A DNA stretch of 64,000 nucleotides from Adineta vaga (taxonomy: Eukaryota; Animalia; Rotifera): positions 16,368,001 through 16,432,000 of the forward strand of contig CP075493.1 in the NCBI GenBank assembly GCA_021613535.1, read 5' to 3'. A program made the position numbers and the translations under genes. The notes below the pieces were generated by a model, which did no database searches, was not told the DNA's origin, and was given only the letters and a program-made list of their open reading frames with translations. Position 1 is the first letter of the stretch. Every line of letters begins with the position of its first letter. This document shows, piece by piece, positions 1-13,772 of the stretch.

Positions 1-528
1 TTTAAGAAAAACTTTCATATATAATGAACTATAACATTATCTACTGTCTCGAAAAATTATATTGATAAATTGGACTAGTTACACGTCTTCTTTTGTATGG
101 AAAATGAATGTATTTAGTGAATTATATAAATGACATACTTTTATTAGGAAAATCAGATTTAATTCGTCGAAGATTATTCACTGCATTATAAATAATAGTT
201 TTTGTACATATATTATCTTTAATAAATAATAAGATTTTTATATAAATAAATAAATAAACAAACCTGGATAATAATAAATTGTATCACCTGTTCCATTTGA
301 TAGTAATGAATCTATTGGATAAAAGCGAGGTATTTGAAAATCAGAATGATATCGACGTTCAAGAATAAAACGCATAGCTGGTAAAAGTCCAATGAATATG
401 CTTGCTAAGAAAATTTCCATTATTGTACGACCAGGATTTCGTATTGTTAAAAGAAATGTTTTGATAAATAATGATCGAAAATTATTTAAAAACATTGTAC
501 AATAATTAGATTGATCACGATATTCCAT
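1..528 (-). CDS. ABCA-subfamily ABC transporter, 5' exons (gene runs off left edge)
   Basis: ORF 238-528 begins FRSLFIKTFLLTIRNPGRTIMEIFLASIFIGLL, matching the ABCA N-terminal L.KN....R.......EI motif plus TM1; GT donor near 262 and a further short exon ~139-217. Confidence 0.7.
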
Positions 529-2604
529 TTTTCACCCTACTTATTAATAAGGACGCAAAATAAATCAGTCATTACCTGACTTTTTTCTTTCTATACTATA
601 ATATATAAAGCAAATTATACGAACGAAAAAAAAAAATTTTTTCGTGTGTATTCAACCGATAAAATGATACAAACAAACGTATTTTATCTATCGATTTTAT
701 TTAGTAATAACACATAGATAGAATGAACTTATATATTAAAAACATTATATGAGAATAATATATCATATTGTTTATACTATAGAATCAATCGATGTGTTCG
801 TTCATCCGTTCTTTTAAACGATAAATTCTGAAAAGCTAATCTAATTATGATGAAATTTTCTACCGAGTATTGTCACTTGAATATTTCTGTAAAATTCGAA
901 GATGAGCCTGATTGGACGAGCTATTATTGAGTTATTGAAAAAATACTGGTATTTCTCTATATCCTCTATCTCATACGCTTTATGCAGTACACATAACTTT
1001 CGAATAAAATCCGAAATTTCCGCATTTATTCACTATATAGACTGCAACACAATCGATCTTATATTTCCATATTTCTACAATATTAAATTTATGTATTCAA
1101 AAAATCTTGCGAAAACTTACAAAAGGAAAGCCAAGGATACAAAGAAAGAATACAACAACTCGAAAATACATTGATAAAGGTGCATAAACATTATTATATA
1201 TAGGTATTTATATTGATGTTATTGTTAACATTCTTTAGGTCAAATGTATTTTCAATTCAGGTACGTTTTCTTCAATAAACGATAGGATAAATATGAAAAT
1301 GGGAAGAAAAAGAAAGCAAATATTTTTTTTTTTTTCTTCTCATTAAAAAGGTAACTGCAAAGATACAAAATATCGAAACATAATGTTTTGGTTTATGATA
1401 TTTTTCCTATTCATAATTCTTTCTTATATAATTTATAAGAAAAGAAAAATCTCTTTGGAATGTTATATGATTTTGAAATCAATAAAAATGTCTAGTCCAA
1501 TAATTTCATATAATCGCGCATTTGATTATAGAAAATGTGTACATTTGATCCACAATTTGGTCAAGGTATAACTCATATTTGTCGATAAGCAAGAGAATTA
1601 AATAATATTTTTGAAGAAAATTCTTATGAATTAAAAGATATTTTTTATATTCATAAATAATCGTGCATCAAAAATTAGTGGTGAATGTTGGATTTCTTCA
1701 ACTGCAAGTAATTGGAAAACATCAACATTAAAAGTAATTCAAACAAATCGATATGGAAAAAGAAAAATCTTTGTACGAAATGAACAGTTTCCAAATAAAA
1801 AAGAATAGCAATTAAAAACCCCTTTTTTATTCAATTTATGCAATGGTATAATTATTGGCTTTTATATTGTGCATCAAAACCAGGAAAATTAACGACGGAA
1901 TTTTTATATGTTATTAATCAACATAAAAATCCTTTGATTTTATTTAAACCATTAACATTCTTTTCAGTTTGTTTCAATGCTTTCATTCATTATTTTAACT
2001 TATCGAACGAAAAACGTATCCAATGCATTTCTTTCATTTAATGTTGTCATTTTGATAATAGAAAGCTTAATTGATCTATTCAGTTGTATAAATACATTTT
2101 TATATATAGTTAGTAAGAATGAATTCAAGAAATAGCATTTGTTGAATACCATTTTCATCCACATTAACATAAATTGTATAGATTATTTTAAAAATTGATT
2201 TACTTGTGAGTTACGTTCGAAATATAAAGAAAGTTCTTCTAGATTGACTTTCATGGCGTCAAATATTTCGGTAGCCATTCTCCGTGGACAATTGATGAGG
2301 AGCAATGCCTTTCTCTTGTCGAGGTCTGTAACATTTAAATTATTTAGATGTAAAGCTTCCTCAATGTGATTCTTAGCTTGATTTAATTAATAATTAGTGT
2401 TTTTTATCTTAATCATTAAGATCGACTAATAATGCTAATGTAAAATTATAGATTTCTCCAAAGTGTCATCAGTTGTTTAGATGTCTGAGAATTTTTTTCA
2501 TGAATATAGAAGATTCAATAATTCTTCTTTTGTTTTTCTTCGTACACCTTCAATAACTGAAGCAAGTGCAATATCAATTGAATAAGACGAAATACACGTA
2601 TATA

Positions 2605-3984
2605 TGTGGCAGTCGGTTAGGGATGTAGTTGAGATTGGAATATAGAAAAATACTATCTAAATCTATATTTTTATTTGTAGAGAGGAAAATAGAATTGATA
2701 ATTTTATATAAAAAAAAGCAATTATAATTTATTTAATTAAGCTATTAATCGTTAAATAATTGTTTTATAAAGAGGATGTTGGTTTTTGTATAAAAGGAAG
2801 AGACTGATTTTCGTGTAAGTAGACAGATTTTTTATGCACGGGACATGCGGGACATTAAATTTTATAAGGAAAGAGAGGATTTTCGAACTAAAAATAGTTT
2901 TCATTTCTAGGCGGGACATAGAATTTTCTTTCGTTTTGTATTAAGAGAAAGATTTTTGCTACCTATTTTTTCTGTTACAGTATATTTGACACTGTTTTAA
3001 ATAAATCTTTCTCTTTTCCTTTTTTAAAAATTACTTTGTTGCAGTTTTTACTTAGAATATAGATCAGACTGCTTCCTAATATTTCAATGTATAAAAAAAT
3101 ATATTTGTGTGCATAGAACAAATGTTTGGGATGCATAAATTATATGAATGAAAAATGAATTATCTCTCAGATATTTTTTTAGAAAATAGAGCTTATGTTA
3201 AATATTTTTATTGACTAATTGGAAATAGAATGTAATGACTGGTATACTACTTTAGATATTGATAAAAAATTTAGTGAAGTTTGAAAACATTACGAGCAGA
3301 GAGCTGATGAAAATGGCGACATGAATTAAAAAAGAGAAATAAAGCAGTTGAGTTTGAAAAATAAGAATATCGTTTTTTAGTGCCCCTTGAAATCAAAATA
3401 AATTTGGAATAGTTTAGACGAAATGATTTCAAGCGAGAGGTCAAAAAGACAGGGAATACAATTCGTTAAGAAAGTAAATATTTCTACAAAATTTGACAAG
3501 TTAAGCATGTAACAACGAATTTAATAACTTGATTAAAAAAGGTTATCATAGGACTATCGGCGAATCTTCGTTTTTAGGAACGAACATCTACTAAGAGAAT
3601 ATAAAATAGAGAAATGATTGTGTCACGTAGATTTCATACATAATAATATTTTGAAATACATTCTTTTATGAATTGTTCATTTATTATTATCAATCAAATA
3701 GAATTTTTTATAAATATCGCCTATGTATAATCTTACGAATATAGCGAAAATGAAACTATTCTTTGATAAAAAGTATACAGTATGAGTGACAAAATGTTTT
3801 TTTATGAAAATCCATTTATAATATTCTATTTGATTCAGATAGATTTATTGATGAAGAAATCTATGTTATTTTTATTCTGTTTTTCATTTTCGAATCTATG
3901 TCTGTATTTAATTTTCGTTTCTCTTTTTTATCTATTTTTTTCGCGCATTCCAATCTCAACTGAATTCTCATGTCAACTGTGACA
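2605..3984. mobile_element. Decayed TIR element with TGT...ACA termini and TATA flanks (Ginger-like?)
   Basis: Perfect 15-bp inverted repeat AGTTGAGATTGGAAT (2627-2641 / 3947-3961) inside imperfect ~40-bp TIRs starting TGT; TATA on both sides; internal GGGACA repeats and stop-ridden frames. Confidence 0.55.
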
Positions 3985-3989
3985 TATAT

Positions 3990-4324
3990 ATATTAATGGA
4001 TGTATCAGAATTAATGAAAATTGTCGTAATGTTACAAAAGGGATCTTTGTATTAGAATTCTTCATACTCTGAATAAGTATACCACCAACTAGACTTTAAG
4101 GATATTACACGATTAAATAAAACGTCCGGAGGAACCGTTAATTGTCTGTCTCTTTTATATCGATAAGTCTTAAGTTCAAGTTTAAACCGATTATAGTAAT
4201 TTGTTATCGAATGAAGTCTCTTGCAAACACAAGACATTGTACAAAGAATTGTTTGAATATCACAAAAATCAAAAATACGATGAAGTACTTCCACTGGAAG
4301 ATTGATTAAAGATGATTGTTCCAT
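3990..4324 (-). pseudogene. Truncated F-box protein
   Basis: N-terminal F-box LINLPVEVLHRIFDFCDIQTILCTMSCVCKRL; stops after 90 aa next to the TIR element. Confidence 0.7.
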
Positions 4325-5835
4325 GAGAATAATAATCTATGCGAATAGATAAAATAAACAATGAAATATCTTTTAGTAAGATTCTATTAAAACGTGATCG
4401 ATCTATATATAGATTTCTAATGCTTAGATCATGCATTTTTTCTCACTGAGATTGCTAACACTATTCGTAAAAGTCTTCTCTCGAACAACTCTAGTCACTC
4501 TTTTGTCATTTCTAACATCAACACAGTGCTCGAAAAAGAAAGCAAATAGAAAGATTACTAAAAGATATGATGAAAAAAAACCCACAAATAAAGAAAAAGA
4601 AATGTAGTCTTGATGGTGTGGGCGAGTATAAGAATAGGATAGGAAGGAATTCAAGAAAAAGCAATCATTTCACTTGAGGGGTGAGGGTGAAGATGTGTGA
4701 GTAGAGTTACCAGGAGAAATTAATTCTTTCGAATCATTTGTGTTTTGGATGCTGTACTTCTTATGTTAAAGTCCCCTTTGAGATGGCAACGATAGTGATG
4801 AAGTTTGTGGGTAATTTGAAGTGGAGTTTATCTGTAGATCGAGTTCGTGTAGAATGGAATGTTTTTTGGCTTGAATGGGTATGTGAGAATGGCGTCATGG
4901 GGTGAATCTCTCAGAGTCTCTTGGATAAGTAGGAATAATGTGGTAGTTTCATTTTTGAATAGTTATCTGGTCGTATCTTCAATGGATTGGATCATCGTTG
5001 AACAGTTGAAACGTTTGGTCATAAAATTGTTGTTGTTTTGTCACTTCGGACCATACGTCAGATACCGAAAACTACGAAGCAGTGTGTAAGTCTCAATCAT
5101 GGTCTAGGAGAATAACCGAAGCGACACAACGAATATCATATAAGTGTAGGGGTTTGAAAAGAAATCGTTCGGAATTCGTGATGTCATTAGGTATTACGGA
5201 TCATTTTGGTTTTTGATGAGTATGTTCTTGAAACAGTTGGATGATAACGATATATGTGATAATTTAATCTATGGATCTGCTTCTGTTAGTAGGACGGTGA
5301 CGACTTCACCGTGTTATATTCGATTAGAATGTCCGTGGGCTGGCTTAGATAACTTACGAAAAGTGAGATTTATCAGTTTGATGATTGCTGGTCGTAAAGA
5401 AGTCTATGAGTGGAATATGTTTCGATTTCTAAAAGCCTGTATTAGGTAGAGTTTCGGTCACTATTCTCACCGTGAAAACAGAGAGTTCATATCGGCAACT
5501 AGAAGATTTTGCGATCACTAAAAGCGTAAGTTGATGCCTATTAATGAATGTAGCTTTCAGTCATGATTTTGCATCACTTTCGGTGAATCAATTTCATATA
5601 ATAGATCATGTATATCTAGCATGAAGAAAGAATTAAATAAGTATTACGATACATAGATGGCCATCATGATTTATAAAGAATGTTCTAGAACATACTCGAA
5701 CTATATACGAATAGAAATATTATTATATGAAGAATCTAAAACGTGTTTAGATACTGCTTCAATAATATATATATATATATATGCGTAATGTACATAAAAA
5801 GCTAATTCTTTCGTTTCATATTCACGAAATTTGAT

Positions 5836-6030
5836 ACACTGATAAAAATGAGCACAGGTTAATAAACCCTCCAAAAGGATTTGTCAAACTGATGAACCCT
5901 TTGATCTACCCTTTCGCTTGATCTACCGAAAAAGGGTATTTCATACGTTGCAGTCTGATAAACGTTTTAGGGTATATCGGCAGTTATATACCCTCAAAAC
6001 GTTTATTAACTTTATGAACCCTATAAAAAC
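5836..6030. mobile_element. MITE fragment (TA-CACTG terminus)
   Basis: Starts TACACTGATAAAAA with AATAAACCCT motif shared with the fold-back MITE at 58698; internal inverted repeats. Confidence 0.35.
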
Positions 6031-6205
6031 TGATTTTTCATTCTACGTTTTCCACTGATGAGTGTATTACTAAACCGGTTTTTATGAGTAGCTGCCTAAT
6101 TCGACTTATAATATAAATGGATTTTCATTATTATATATCTATACATCTATCAACAGATATAGATCTAGATATACCTCACCCATGTTCAGTTAGGAATATA
6201 GGAAT

Positions 6206-6253
6206 AGGGTGGATGAGGGTGTTAGTATTACATCTGTCTAACACCCACCCTCA
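6206..6253. repeat. Telomere-like hairpin element
   Basis: GGGTGTTAG ... CTAACACCC inverted arms ending CCCTCA; loop homologous (reverse complement) to the copy at 28414. Confidence 0.75.
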
Positions 6254-6412
6254 GGAGGCTATAAAACTCCAGTAACATGCATATGACTCAAAGATGTGGA
6301 TTATATACGAATGGTTTACAGATTTTTTTACTCATAGCTGAAAGCCATGGCCGTCATTTACATTATATTCAGTCGAGGGTAAGGCGAGTCATGTGCGACG
6401 AATGCTATTTAT

Positions 6413-6943
6413 TTATATCAATAGTATTAATGGAATGACACCATCTCCGTAATCGGGTAAAGACTCATCATATATAGATGAAGGAGAATGTTTTTGAAAA
6501 CCAGTCTTTCGATACAATCGAAGGGCTCGTTCATTGTAAGATTCTGTCAAAAGAAAAATAAATGGACGCTGACGCTTTCGACACCATTTGATCATTTTTT
6601 TTAATATACGTGTTCCAATTCCAAAACCTTGTGCGGATTCAGAGACACCAAATAAAATCACATACAATCCACGATGTGAACCAATGTCACTAGCCAATGC
6701 ACAGCCAAGACATTGATCATTTTCATATGCACACCAAATATGAGTGGCACTATCAATAGTTACACGTAAAGTTTCTTCTGTATGAGCTGGTTGAAATAAT
6801 GGTAATAAAACGTTTTCTATATCATTTAATGGATAGTTTCGATCACGAGAAATTCGTATTAAACGACCAGACAGTTGTTTTCCCTTTTCCGAAGATGGCA
6901 GATCCATACTGTTGATTGAGTCGTTATATTCAGTTGTTTTCAT
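6413..6943 (-). CDS. GNAT (RimI-like) acetyltransferase, intronless
   Basis: Motif A FGVSESAQGFGIGTRIL and motif B NERALRLYRKTGF; first ATG at 6943. Confidence 0.85.
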   Translation of the reverse strand: MKTTEYNDSINSMDLPSSEKGKQLSGRLIRISRDRNYPLNDIENVLLPLFQPAHTEETLRVTIDSATHIWCAYENDQCLGCALASDIGSHRGLYVILFGVSESAQGFGIGTRILKKMIKWCRKRQRPFIFLLTESYNERALRLYRKTGFQKHSPSSIYDESLPDYGDGVIPLILLI

Positions 6944-7469
6944 TTGTGTTGTGTGACAGATACACAAATCAGAAAGGCAATTTGTTTTCAATATATTTCA
7001 TTCATTTTAAATTACAGTACATATTTCCACATTAGGTCAAAAACGTATGTCTAATATAGCAAGAGCGGAAGAAAAAAAAATATGGCAATAATCATTCATT
7101 CGTGTACAGCACTGTGCAAAGTGACGTCTGTAACGGTAATGGATATAAACACATGCAAAGTGTTCTCAATGCGCTCTGTTGTGCAGGGTGCGTAAAAATG
7201 TTTTCCAGGGAAGTAACTCTACCGTAACAAATGGTAACCACAATGAATTTTATACCAAATGAAAGCGCGGAAAAATGGGATATTCTGATGCTAAATTGTG
7301 AGGATTCTGAAAACTCTTTTATAATAAACATAATTTATCTTTAGAATTTCCAGCTATTTCACTATGAGAAAGTTTAGTGCTTGAAGCAATTCAAAGTGCA
7401 TCTTATTGGAAGCGATCGATAACATCAAAAGAATTTATTTTTCAAAACTGATTAGTGAATCTTCACTAC

Positions 7470-7990
7470 CCGAAGACGGGGTGGATACGAACATAAAAGA
7501 GTTTCAAATAGTTCCACATTTGATTCCATGTTAGTCAGAACATCTATGAGATGCTTTTTTAATGCCTCTTGCTTGTCACGATTCTCCACAGTTTTCGATC
7601 ATATTTTTCGCTCAACTTCATCTTTAATTATTGTTCTAATGTGCACAGCGACATTTAGATCAGGTGAATTGCCAGGCCATGTGTTTTTACCCCCCAAAAT
7701 TATATCATTCGCTTTAAGCAAAAATTGAGTCATATTTGCACGGATGCATGGCGCTTTGTCATGGACAAATCACTTGATCAGGATCGATCACATTTTCCTC
7801 ATCCTTCAGAAATGAAAACACATACTGCATCAAAATAACGTCACGGAAATATTGACCAGTCCAAGATTCACCCTTCTCTTTCATTACCCAGTGCAGCTTT
7901 TTCGCCGTGAAAATGATAAAAATGCCGATACATAACTGATTTTTTACCATCTCGCGATACCTTTCATTATCTTCAATATCAGCAATAAAT
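7470..7990 (-). mobile_element. Tc1/mariner-superfamily transposase relic
   Basis: Frameshifted ...HDKAPC...WPGNSPDLN...IKDEVE catalytic region; CAGGGTG TIR-like motif at ~7186. Confidence 0.8.
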
Positions 7991-8519
7991 ACTTCTTGCC
8001 CATACTAATTGTGGACTTTATTTGTGGACCAATCCTGGGAACCATAATTTTGGGCAAATGATAGTCATTCTAGAGCGGAAATTTAGATTTGTTTACTCGC
8101 AGCTTAGATGTTGAAATCAAATTATTTTGTAGCTTTCTGGTAAATGAGTTAGATTAAGATTGTTTACATATCGTTAACTACGTATTTGTTTGAATTGCTT
8201 ATAATTCATACTGTTTCGTTGTTGAATTTCAAATAAAAAGTTACCGATGTTTTTATTGATCTGGAATAGGTCGAAGTTTTAGCTAGTTGTGACGAAAGAG
8301 AGTAATCATCGCAAATTTAACATCTATTTGAGTTTATTTACAGGTGTATTCTTATAGTTCGATTAAGTGTTTAGTGATTAATGTACAAAAAAGATTTCCA
8401 GTTATATAAAGTCATCATACAGTTTAAGTGTGAAAAAGGGCTTGTTTCTTTTAACGTGAATGTATGTTTTCTCTTGATTTCTAATTATATTGATACGAGA
8501 TTTTTTTTGTAATATTCTA

Positions 8520-9434
8520 TAGATTCATCGGAATTGAATTGCAATCAATACAGTAATGATTTGGAAATTCTTCGTCAGTTTCCATTTCCGGTTAAATTAA
8601 ACCTATCCATGGATGAATTTTATAACTATGGAAAAAGTGTAGGTCAATTAAATGAAGATGGTACTTTTATTGAAAAAATTATCATTATAAATGAAAAAAT
8701 TGTTGCATTAAGTCTGTTCTGTTTATCAAAACTTACTACATTATTAATTCAATCAACACCATTTGAAAATAGAAAGTTTTATCTGTTGAATAAAATCAGT
8801 TTAATTTATTCTAAATCTTTATTTAGATATTGTACTGGATGCATTAGTAAATCTGAAAACACTGAAACATTTTGTTATTTATTTTACACCTATTAAAGAA
8901 ACAACAAAACAATTTTCGACACTTACTAATCTTGAAATTATTACATTTTGCAATTGTTCTTTAACTCATTTACCACATCTGAATAAACTCCATCAATTGG
9001 AATTTTTAAATATTCCAAACAATAGTTTAACTCAATTAGATGAACTATTAAATGCAAACTTAATAATATTAGAAATCTCAAGCAATAATTTTACTCAAAT
9101 ACCAATTTTGAAAAATAAAGAAAATCTTATATTTTTCTTTTCAGCTTCTAATCCTTTGAAGAACGCTGAATCTATTTTGTTATATCCAAATCTACAGCCA
9201 ATTGATTTACATGATACAACATTAATGTCTATTCCATCTGATATTGATAAATTACACCAGCTTGAACGATTACTTATAAATGATAACCAATTAACTGATC
9301 TTCCTCTTGGAATATTCAATCTATCTAAAATTTATTTTTTGGATGCACACAATAATTTATTTTCTGCAGAGAATATTGATTCATTCGAAGAAAAAATGAA
9401 ACAATGTCTTCCAACTGCGTATCTTTACATTTGA
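8520..9434 (+). CDS. Leucine-rich repeat protein (possibly pseudogenising)
   Basis: LxxLxLxxNxL repeats in ORF 8997-9434, extended in frame from acceptor ~8826; upstream donor looks mutated (GAAAG). Confidence 0.7.
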
Positions 9435-10014
9435 TTGAAATGGTGATAGGTGCCATATGAAAAATAATCGTTTTTTTTCTCATATCTTAAAAGTTTAATT
9501 AAATACTTATAAGGGTATCAGTTTTATTATACAATAAACTGAAGATTAGACTATAATATATTCATTATGAATGAAAATCTTGAATTGACAGTATAAATTA
9601 GGTATAGATATATTTTTACCTATAGTACTTTCCTTGTTTTAACGATTTTTATATATCAAAGACAATAAATGCGATTGATTTGTCATTTTTGTAGTGAATA
9701 TACGGACGTAAAAAGATGAATTATTATTCTATGAAATAAATATACAATTAATACATTGTTTATGAGGCACCTTTATTCCGATTGAAGAATATTCAAAAAT
9801 CTTTGAAGTACATTTTTCATGCACCCGTCAATACTAGTTTAGGAAAATCTTCGAACGAATACATCGAAAACTGAAAATGAGAAGTATTTATTGCTTAAAC
9901 ATGTAGGTGATAGATACATGCTTATATACATTAATGTTGTCATATATGGCCATACTCTCAAGAAGCAAAAATAAAACTAAAGACTCAATCCATTCAGTTA
10001 TAATCAAGATTCGT

Positions 10015-10827
10015 TTAAGTCTTGTAGAAAGTTTTAAATATTATTATACTGATCACACTGATTATTGTCACAACTCCTATGTAAAACACATTCCGTTGCG
10101 TTTCTTGGAAATTTGAATTTGTCATATTATTTCTTTGATGCAATCTTGCAACTTGTTGACGAATATTTGATAATTCATGGAAGTTTGCGGGCGTATGTTC
10201 AATTGCTTGTTCATATGGACGCAACGCTGCCTCTACTTGATCTTGCTCTAGATATGTCAATGCCGCTTGTTTATATAATTTTGTTAGAAGAAAATGTTGT
10301 TTTGGCAATGTTGAGCAACGATAAGTGTCAACTGCTTTATTAAAATTCTGATGAGCTTGTTCGAAATGACCTTGTTTTCTCTCCATAATACCCATTTGTA
10401 TATAGCAACCAATAATATTATCATGATAAGGTAAATGTAGATGTTCATTGTGAATATTAACTGCACGATCGAAATAATCCATAGCTAAATCGTATTGGTC
10501 AACATTTAACTTAGGAGCAATGATAAGTGGATCACAGTAAGGCATTGTTTTATATATATCATAGGCGCGCTGAAAATTTGTTAACGCTTCGATATATTCA
10601 CCTTGTCTATAATGTGCGTCTCCTAGTGTTTGATACATCGTAGCTAGATTTGGATGATTGTCAGGTAATGATTGACGCTGAATATCAATGGCTTCCTTTA
10701 TACATTCTATCGCCATTTTATGATTACCCACAGCTGTATATACCAAACATAGATAATGCGAACTACGGATTGTGCTCCACAACCTTGTTTTTTTTGTTTG
10801 TTCCTTATGGAAGCAGTTTTTGTTCAA
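10015..10827 (-). CDS. TPR-repeat protein fragment with C-terminal hydrophobic tail
   Basis: TPR units such as HPNLATMYQTLGDAHYRQGEYIEALTNFQRA; no clear ATG start; one TPR looks internally deleted; C-terminal IGVVTIISVISIIIF. Confidence 0.65.
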   Translation of the reverse strand: MNKNCFHKEQTKKTRLWSTIRSSHYLCLVYTAVGNHKMAIECIKEAIDIQRQSLPDNHPNLATMYQTLGDAHYRQGEYIEALTNFQRAYDIYKTMPYCDPLIIAPKLNVDQYDLAMDYFDRAVNIHNEHLHLPYHDNIIGCYIQMGIMERKQGHFEQAHQNFNKAVDTYRCSTLPKQHFLLTKLYKQAALTYLEQDQVEAALRPYEQAIEHTPANFHELSNIRQQVARLHQRNNMTNSNFQETQRNVFYIGVVTIISVISIIIFKTFYKT

Positions 10828-12454
10828 TTGAATAAACGTTGACTATGACATAATGCATTTCATCATTTCACTTGAGATGAGGAAAAATTTCTCGTTTTAC
10901 AAAACGATTCTTAGTATTTGTTTTTTCTTTCTCCTTCGTATTTGTGAAATAACACCATAGATTATCCAAATCGACGTATCATTATCTATTTTGAGACACG
11001 AAGAGAAAAACATAGCTGAGGTAGCTAAACTATTCAATGGTCATATTCTCGATAAATCCAACAGAAACGTCGATCTCTACGATAACAAATATCAATGAAA
11101 AGTCATTGGTAATTTTCGTACAACTGATTCCATCCGCTTTTCTTATTTCGCATTAGGTGTCCGCCGTGTCATGGTTTCACTCCGATTCTGGTCGATTTCT
11201 ATAACAAATCTGGTCCAGAAAAGAAACTAGAGATTATTTTCATAAGTTCAGATAACGATGAAGAATCATTTAATGAGTATTATCAAGCAACGCGTTGGTT
11301 AAATTTGGATTTCAAAGAACGTGAGAAGAAAGATGAATTAGACGAGAAATTCCAGGTAGATGGAAATAATGGAAATATCGTTTGTAAGGATGCAGGATAA
11401 GAAATTCAATTTAATGATAAGCAAGGTGATCGATTCCTTGGACAGACTCCTCGGAAGTACCGAAAAAATCTTCTCGGTCGTGCATTTGTTGTTAATTTCA
11501 TATATTAGACGTGTTTTCAAATATAATCTTAATCGCCACACTTTCTTTCATACAGGATGTTTCAAAGCAGAATGCAAATACCATCGGTCTAAAAGATGGG
11601 CAACTATGTAGAAAAGAACTTCATGGATGGAAAGCGGTGTTGGAATTAAAACTATATTTCGCACAGTTCAAATCGTTATAATTTGTAACTTTAGTACGCT
11701 AATGTGGGTTAGGACAAACCATAGGTTTTTATACGGTAAGACATTTTGATTTAACGACTTGAAAACTGACCGTTCGCACAATTAAAACTAAAATTTGTTC
11801 TGACTTCTTTTAACTATTGCTGAAATAGTTCGTAGTTCTCCAGGATCACGATTGTCCGTATAGGAAAAAATGTTCATTATAAGACTCGTGATATACTGAT
11901 CTCTAGACGAAAGATCCAAAAGATAATCATAATTTCAACTATTAAAAATTTGTTCGAGAAGATTGAAAAATTATAATTCCATTAATTGTTTGCCTGATAA
12001 GCTGATTGGTTATTATCCAAGTTGTAATAAACTACCTCATTTTCAACTCCAACACTGTCAGTTACACACTCGCTCTATTTCTGATCCATCATCACATCTG
12101 AATACAATATAAGATTTCTTTTATTATCTCACACCTTCTGCTTTCGACAGGACTTCCCATTTTAGGCCAAAGGAATGCTTTCTAATGAATTCATAATCAA
12201 CAGAGAAGAGTAAAATTTAAAAAAAATATCTTGCTATCAAACTACAAACGTATGGCAGATGCATAATAACACCCTCTATATACACGTGTGAAAAATGAAA
12301 GTTAATTATCGGTATGACTCCTACAGGCGTTTGAAAAAATATTCTTCTGTTTCTTCATTTTTCTGTATTCAAAATAATGACAAGTCAAACAAAGATGATT
12401 ATCATAACAACAGATGACGATCTTATTCATTAACTCATTTCGAATAAACCTAAG

Positions 12455-13530
12455 GATACGCAGCTTATTAATTACAACGACGCTATTGGTTTTAATTATG
12501 GTATTCTCTCATGTGCATCATGTAAAGCTTTTTTCCATCGAAATGGGAATGAAGATATTGTTCATGTCTTGTTTTGTTCGATTTTCTTAGTTCATTGTTG
12601 ATTTTGATTTCGATTAAAACGTTGTTTACATATGGGAATGAAGAAAGAACTACTCCGAAGTCGAGAAGAAATTCAACAGCGAAAGCATGCGGGAAAATAT
12701 CGAACAGCAGCAAACTCCAATATAGAATCGACTCGGCCAATATTCAAAGAAAATAAACTACAGTGAAACCTCTGTATAGTGGACAGCATCGGGACTTTTC
12801 AAATTGTTCCCTTTGTAGATGTGAGGTCATATATAAGAGAATGCTTCGGCGACAAAGTAAATGTGTTTTCTGGCTGGCAGAAGATAGTCAATGAATACGC
12901 CAGAACACTACCGTTTATCTCTACTTCTCTCTATATTAACTTCAGCTTTTGAAAGACAATAAACAGTTTGTTGAAAAATAGTAAAATCTCACATATGGAC
13001 ACTTAAACTAATAAAAACATCCTCATCATATAAAGTTACATAACAGTGTCCACTACCGAGAGGTTCATTTCTAGCAAAAAATATCGTGTTGGACTCTCAA
13101 AACTGTCCATTATGAAGGAGTGTCTATATAAGAGGTTTTACTGTAATCTGTTGTTGACAATTTAATAATCACGTTGCTCTTTGTCTTATTAAGTTCTGTC
13201 GTCCAATTTCATATTTCGAAGATTTACATGCGGATGATCGTTTTATATTGATTAAATACAATACTTTTTTTCCAGTCTGGTATTTTATCAATTTATAGAA
13301 GGAAATTAACAAGTCATTTGCCTTCATACACAGAATATGAAGAAGAAATGTTAAAACGTGAACTTTACATAATACGTAATAAGTCAAATGAGATGCTTGA
13401 GATAATCGTTTGCTTATCAAACTGTTTAATTGAAGTTATTCATTATGATGAAATATTCTTATGCCTTCTTCTGATTATTTTGCTATTTTCGAAAGGCTTA
13501 TCAATGACTGAAACATATAAGCGTTGAAAA
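12455..13530 (+). pseudogene. Nuclear hormone receptor pseudogene interrupted by a MITE
   Basis: DBD AIGFNYGILSCASCKAFFHRN ... RLKRCLHMGMKKE; LBD signature IKFCRPISYFEDLHADDRFILIKYN at ~13185; stops and frameshifts. Confidence 0.85.
12761..13143. mobile_element. Tc1/mariner (pogo/Tigger-like) MITE
   Basis: TIRs CAGTGAAACCTCT / AGAGGTTTTACTG, TA on both sides. Confidence 0.85.
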
Positions 13531-13772
13531 CAAATAGATGTGCAATGTAATAGACAAAACTTTCTCCATATATCTCAGATTTCGAAGTGCAAGATGAGAT
13601 CATAAAAGCAACTAAAAGCTGTTTTGTCAGTAAAACTTAGAGAAATGATATTGTGAAATAAACTGGTTGAGAAATTTTATTTTTGACGTGACTTCGATAG
13701 ACAAGACAACATAGAGAAAATGATAAGATTTATTAAAATGTCAGTTTCATGCACGAATATTTGATTTAATTT

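Noticed and set aside
1480-2041. Frameshifted coding-like stretch on + strand
   Set aside because: Probably a pseudogene, but no family recognised
2100-2590. Minus-strand frame (DKRKALLLINC) reminiscent of gag
   Set aside because: Short, stop-ridden; no LTR, PBS or pol evidence
6055-6082. Hammerhead-like CTGATGA...TAAACCGGTT
   Set aside because: G12 mutated, stem II minimal and no stem I pairing; at most a relic
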